A stretch of 32,000 nt of DNA from Bellilinea caldifistulae (lineage in GTDB: Bacteria; Chloroflexota; Anaerolineae; Anaerolineales; Anaerolineaceae). The position numbers and the translations under genes are program-made. The stretch is taken from positions 4,044-36,043 of the forward strand of contig NZ_LGHJ01000027.1 in the NCBI RefSeq assembly GCF_001306055.1, in the 5' to 3' direction. Each line of letters begins with the position of its first letter. Position 1 is the stretch's first letter. The notes below the pieces were generated by a model. The model ran no database searches, was not told the origin of the DNA, and saw only the letters and a list, made by a program, of their open reading frames with translations. Positions 31,859-32,000 of this stretch are shown here, one piece after another.

Positions 31859-32000
31859 GTGGCTTTTCAAAATGAGATTGTTGAAAAACAAACAACTGGG
31901 ATTGACGAAAAGGGGAAAACCTTAATACAATCGAACCAAACCACTTTGGAGATCAGCGGGATGGAAAAGCAGCGTTTCGAAGAAACCGGCAAAGGATCAT

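Overview
Bacterial chromosomal segment of roughly 45-50% G+C; I cannot assign a taxon by eye. It is dominated by a complete subtype I-C CRISPR-Cas locus. From left to right:
- A papain-like ORF whose 5' end may lie outside the window.
- A 47-nt 3' fragment of tRNA-Pro(CGG) beside a tyrosine integrase broken by a single in-frame TGA. Together these look like the scar of an integrative element.
- cas3-cas5c-cas8c (with an internal cas11c)-cas7c-cas4-cas1-cas2 on the + strand, then a 183-bp leader.
- An 8.4-kb array of 124 repeats and 123 spacers (11568-19953, counted by hand).

Unusual points in the CRISPR locus:
- Cas3 carries a complete HTH-WYL-WCX transcription-factor module of about 325 aa fused in frame to its N terminus.
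- The array has an internal block of 37 repeats with one extra C in the hairpin loop (14281-16779). The spacers in that block are visibly more GC-rich than those on either side.
- Three spacer duplications are present.
- The trailer end is cut 13 nt after a non-degenerate last repeat by a decayed IS5-family element.

Downstream lies a divergent GntR/HutC regulator and a 9-kb operon. The operon encodes a ribokinase-like kinase, a sugar-type ABC transporter with an M20 amidohydrolase embedded in it, a GATase1-like protein and an ADP-ribosylglycohydrolase-family enzyme.

The last ~1 kb (30845-31840) is a GC-rich insert read on the - strand. It contains a strong promoter, a ~108-nt terminated RNA and four copies of a covarying hairpin, one of which competes with the terminator. 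It also contains a 53-codon membrane-peptide gene with a partly sequestered SD. I read this as a candidate uncharacterised RNA-regulated module. All calls come from reading the sequence and ORF track only; no searches were run.
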